64,000 nt of DNA from an uncultured virus (IMG/VR IMGVR_UViG_3300048033_000643) (Duplodnaviria > Heunggongvirae > Uroviricota > Caudoviricetes > Crassvirales). Of the stretch, positions 63,101-64,000 are shown piece by piece. The position numbers and the translations under genes were made by a program. Every line of letters begins with the position of its first letter. Position 1 is the stretch's first letter. A model generated the notes under the pieces. The model ran no database searches and was not told where the DNA came from. It was given only the letters and a program-made list of their open reading frames with translations. The DNA lies in IMG/VR virus record IMGVR_UViG_3300048033_000643. One strand, 5' to 3'.

Positions 63101-64000
63101 AATTGGAGTTAATCCTTGCACTACAGAATTAGCGTTAGCTACAAAAGATTCTAAATCATTAATGTTTTCGGGTTTTAATTTTATAAATTCTTTTGCAGAA
63201 TTTACAACTTCAGCCGGCGCATTAGAATTTTTAATAAGTCTTTTAATTCTTTTAACAACCGATTTTGCTTTTTTAATTTGTTGTGAATTCTTTTTTACAT
63301 CTTCTACTTCCGTCTTTTGGTTTTGCGTTTGACTTTCTGTTTCTTTTTGGCTCTGGTTGGTAACGGCCCCGGTGGTGTCTCCTTTGACCACCTTTTGGCC
63401 ATCTCCGGTTTGTTTTTGTACATCCACGCCCTCTGTGCTTGACTCTTGAATGGCATCTTGTTTGTCTTTAATTAGTTCTTCTTGTTTCTTTAAAATATTA
63501 GCTTCAGATTCTAAAATAGCAGGGAGTTTAGATTTTAACCTCACTTCATTCTCAGCTTGTAAAGCTTTGACAGCTTCTTCTTTAGTAACCTCAACAGTTC
63601 GTTGACCGTCTTTTTCTCCATCTATAATAGACTGAGCTTCTGCAACATCTCTTTCTTGTAATTTTTTTATTTGCGCATCTACATCTTCAATTCTTTTGTC
63701 TATTTCTTCTTTCAAAGGCCCCTCAAGACCTTCTTTTTGGTCAATTAATCTTTGTCTTTGCTCCAGTAAATCAGCTGCCTCCTCAACATTTTGAGACATC
63801 TTTATTGTTCCTTTTGTTTTTAATTCAGCAGCTTGCATATTATAAATTTCACTATATGCGTTTGCTGCCTCTTCTTTACTTAAAGAACCTTCATCAATTA
63901 ATACATCTAAAGTTTTTTTAAGGTCTTTAACATCAGTAGCTAAAGTTCTGACTAAATCTTTTCTTTTGTTTCCAGTCAGTAATTTTCTACCTCCTAATGT
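60176..64000 (-). CDS. 3' part of a giant (>1270 aa) helical protein, probable internal virion/ejected protein
   Basis: Frame stays open from the 63838 ATG to the window edge; C-terminal FPFANF-type region as in large polyvalent/ejection proteins. Confidence 0.7.
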   Translation of the reverse strand, partial: TLGGRKLLTGNKRKDLVRTLATDVKDLKKTLDVLIDEGSLSKEEAANAYSEIYNMQAAELKTKGTIKMSQNVEEAADLLEQRQRLIDQKEGLEGPLKEEIDKRIEDVDAQIKKLQERDVAEAQSIIDGEKDGQRTVEVTKEEAVKALQAENEVRLKSKLPAILESEANILKKQEELIKDKQDAIQESSTEGVDVQKQTGDGQKVVKGDTTGAVTNQSQKETESQTQNQKTEVEDVKKNSQQIKKAKSVVKRIKRLIKNSNAPAEVVNSAKEFIKLKPENINDLESFVANANSVVQGLTPIKTSKKGDVKISEALNIESIDKYTKAEQVLQDKIKTKAEQKAFADLTGLDPKDFSLNELQRILYNFETNNLSAEEKTKLRQTKKSVIAKGLKNAFGKYSAVVDQIIKTGKDPFTGKEIKISQKDKKIVSEFLKTDISNLPSEDGAKALLAMNNFATNQSVGGLKAIVNFAKGRQNAVDNENKLNAKPLKFLFGGKMLGNAWNKFIASIPQSIEQMFKSQSKALLFEKISGFTTIRNGVAKADKLAQNITEAYYDKFINPGGLRSNVKLGNTKTMPNGKRFNDVENDLERGVFAFMRRTVDGTEAEQDQEFNRRKGLVKLSIKELKDNGQTEKAENYQKVFDKLLKNSNSINEVDKKTDPINKSAVDWMTNEWSKARPELEDVSLNIYNRTLGKDLNYTPDSFSKLDGVESEPSLDKPIFQPDTNETVYDKETGVLKVKKPSFVLPMDKDGNTNRYVNLGFDSNNVNNLRAALTDVNTAPGIQQLKGFMSSPSFEKIIPNTEDRKLIKERFKGYVEKKRGLQKGQEKWLRNLNRFAGLGVSRVLGGPTQYVKQMVPLINTFINTINNPSAVFKGINLIGTNTDAIKWLDNSGVEIANRGVQAVTNLEGTDSRLETDSTGKAGKFGDVINKAQKGWLQGFLVNPDRFAARASFMAYYLESLKKQNIDSNNIDWSTHKSNDKALNYATQQVARQQNTSDVDLQGELFASKDPVLQVLRKVAFPFANFLLNQKTRMYNDLGAVFSKSNTVQDKLKAGKSLGGLVAETATFNAVGLFITQSLAGAARALRGTDEDEETLLKQFENRKKGRKGQAFADIVSPIPLVNPEVLQATNALIATFDSDDPFQFFVNQPEGLLDRLGVLGIGGEKALQIVDMVSLATTGKYKDRYGREVEMDPKYKNDLLAQAPMYTLYLLGFLPLEAGAIMDYNFRAYKKTRKAKENTYIPKKKKKNKTKKSNKPSGPKSPFSNRRSSGMPKSPF

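Noticed and set aside
1..64000. Alternative genetic code (stop-codon reassignment) as in some crAss-like phages
   Set aside because: Genes are full-length and densely packed under the standard code, TAA, TAG and TGA all terminate genes, and no suppressor tRNA was seen
1..64000. Prophage, integrase, introns or inteins
   Set aside because: No integrase, host genes, homing endonuclease or intein motifs recognised; terminase and primase are uninterrupted

Overview
The whole window is most of the genome of an AT-rich, podovirus-type tailed dsDNA phage. Its host is very probably a marine Bacteroidota/Flavobacteriia bacterium: TAnnTTTG -7 promoter boxes precede many operons and the leaders are A-rich without Shine-Dalgarno sequences. 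The architecture recalls crAss-related/Cellulophaga phi38:1-like phages. Minus strand, 1-45 kb: putative internal virion proteins, a cluster of Cys-rich repeat proteins, a split tail stabilization protein, ring proteins, major capsid, scaffold, portal, terminase, a GroES-like protein, four tail-fibre genes, a lysis cassette, an island of about 15 tiny mostly basic proteins, and GroES/GroEL. 44.4-45.5 kb: non-coding strand switch with iteron-like GTGAC repeats and a C-tract block. Plus strand, 45.5-59.8 kb: early and replication genes (SprT-like, GP88-like, tRNA-Met, DnaA-C-like, Sak-like SSAP, PD-(D/E)XK exonuclease, primase-helicase, SF2 helicase, VRR-NUC, metallophosphoesterase). From 59.9 kb: the end of a giant minus-strand protein that runs off the window. 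No DNA polymerase, RNA polymerase, integrase or reverse transcriptase was recognised. Most notable: (i) a CGTTTAAACG palindrome concentrated in the early region; (ii) an expanded Cys-rich TYYHxG module family inserted in a split tail gene; (iii) a 26-aa CDGSH microprotein in the basic-microprotein island; (iv) conserved GC-rich 19-bp junctions in a tail-fibre gene; (v) several candidate structured RNAs. All calls come from reading the sequence; no searches were run.
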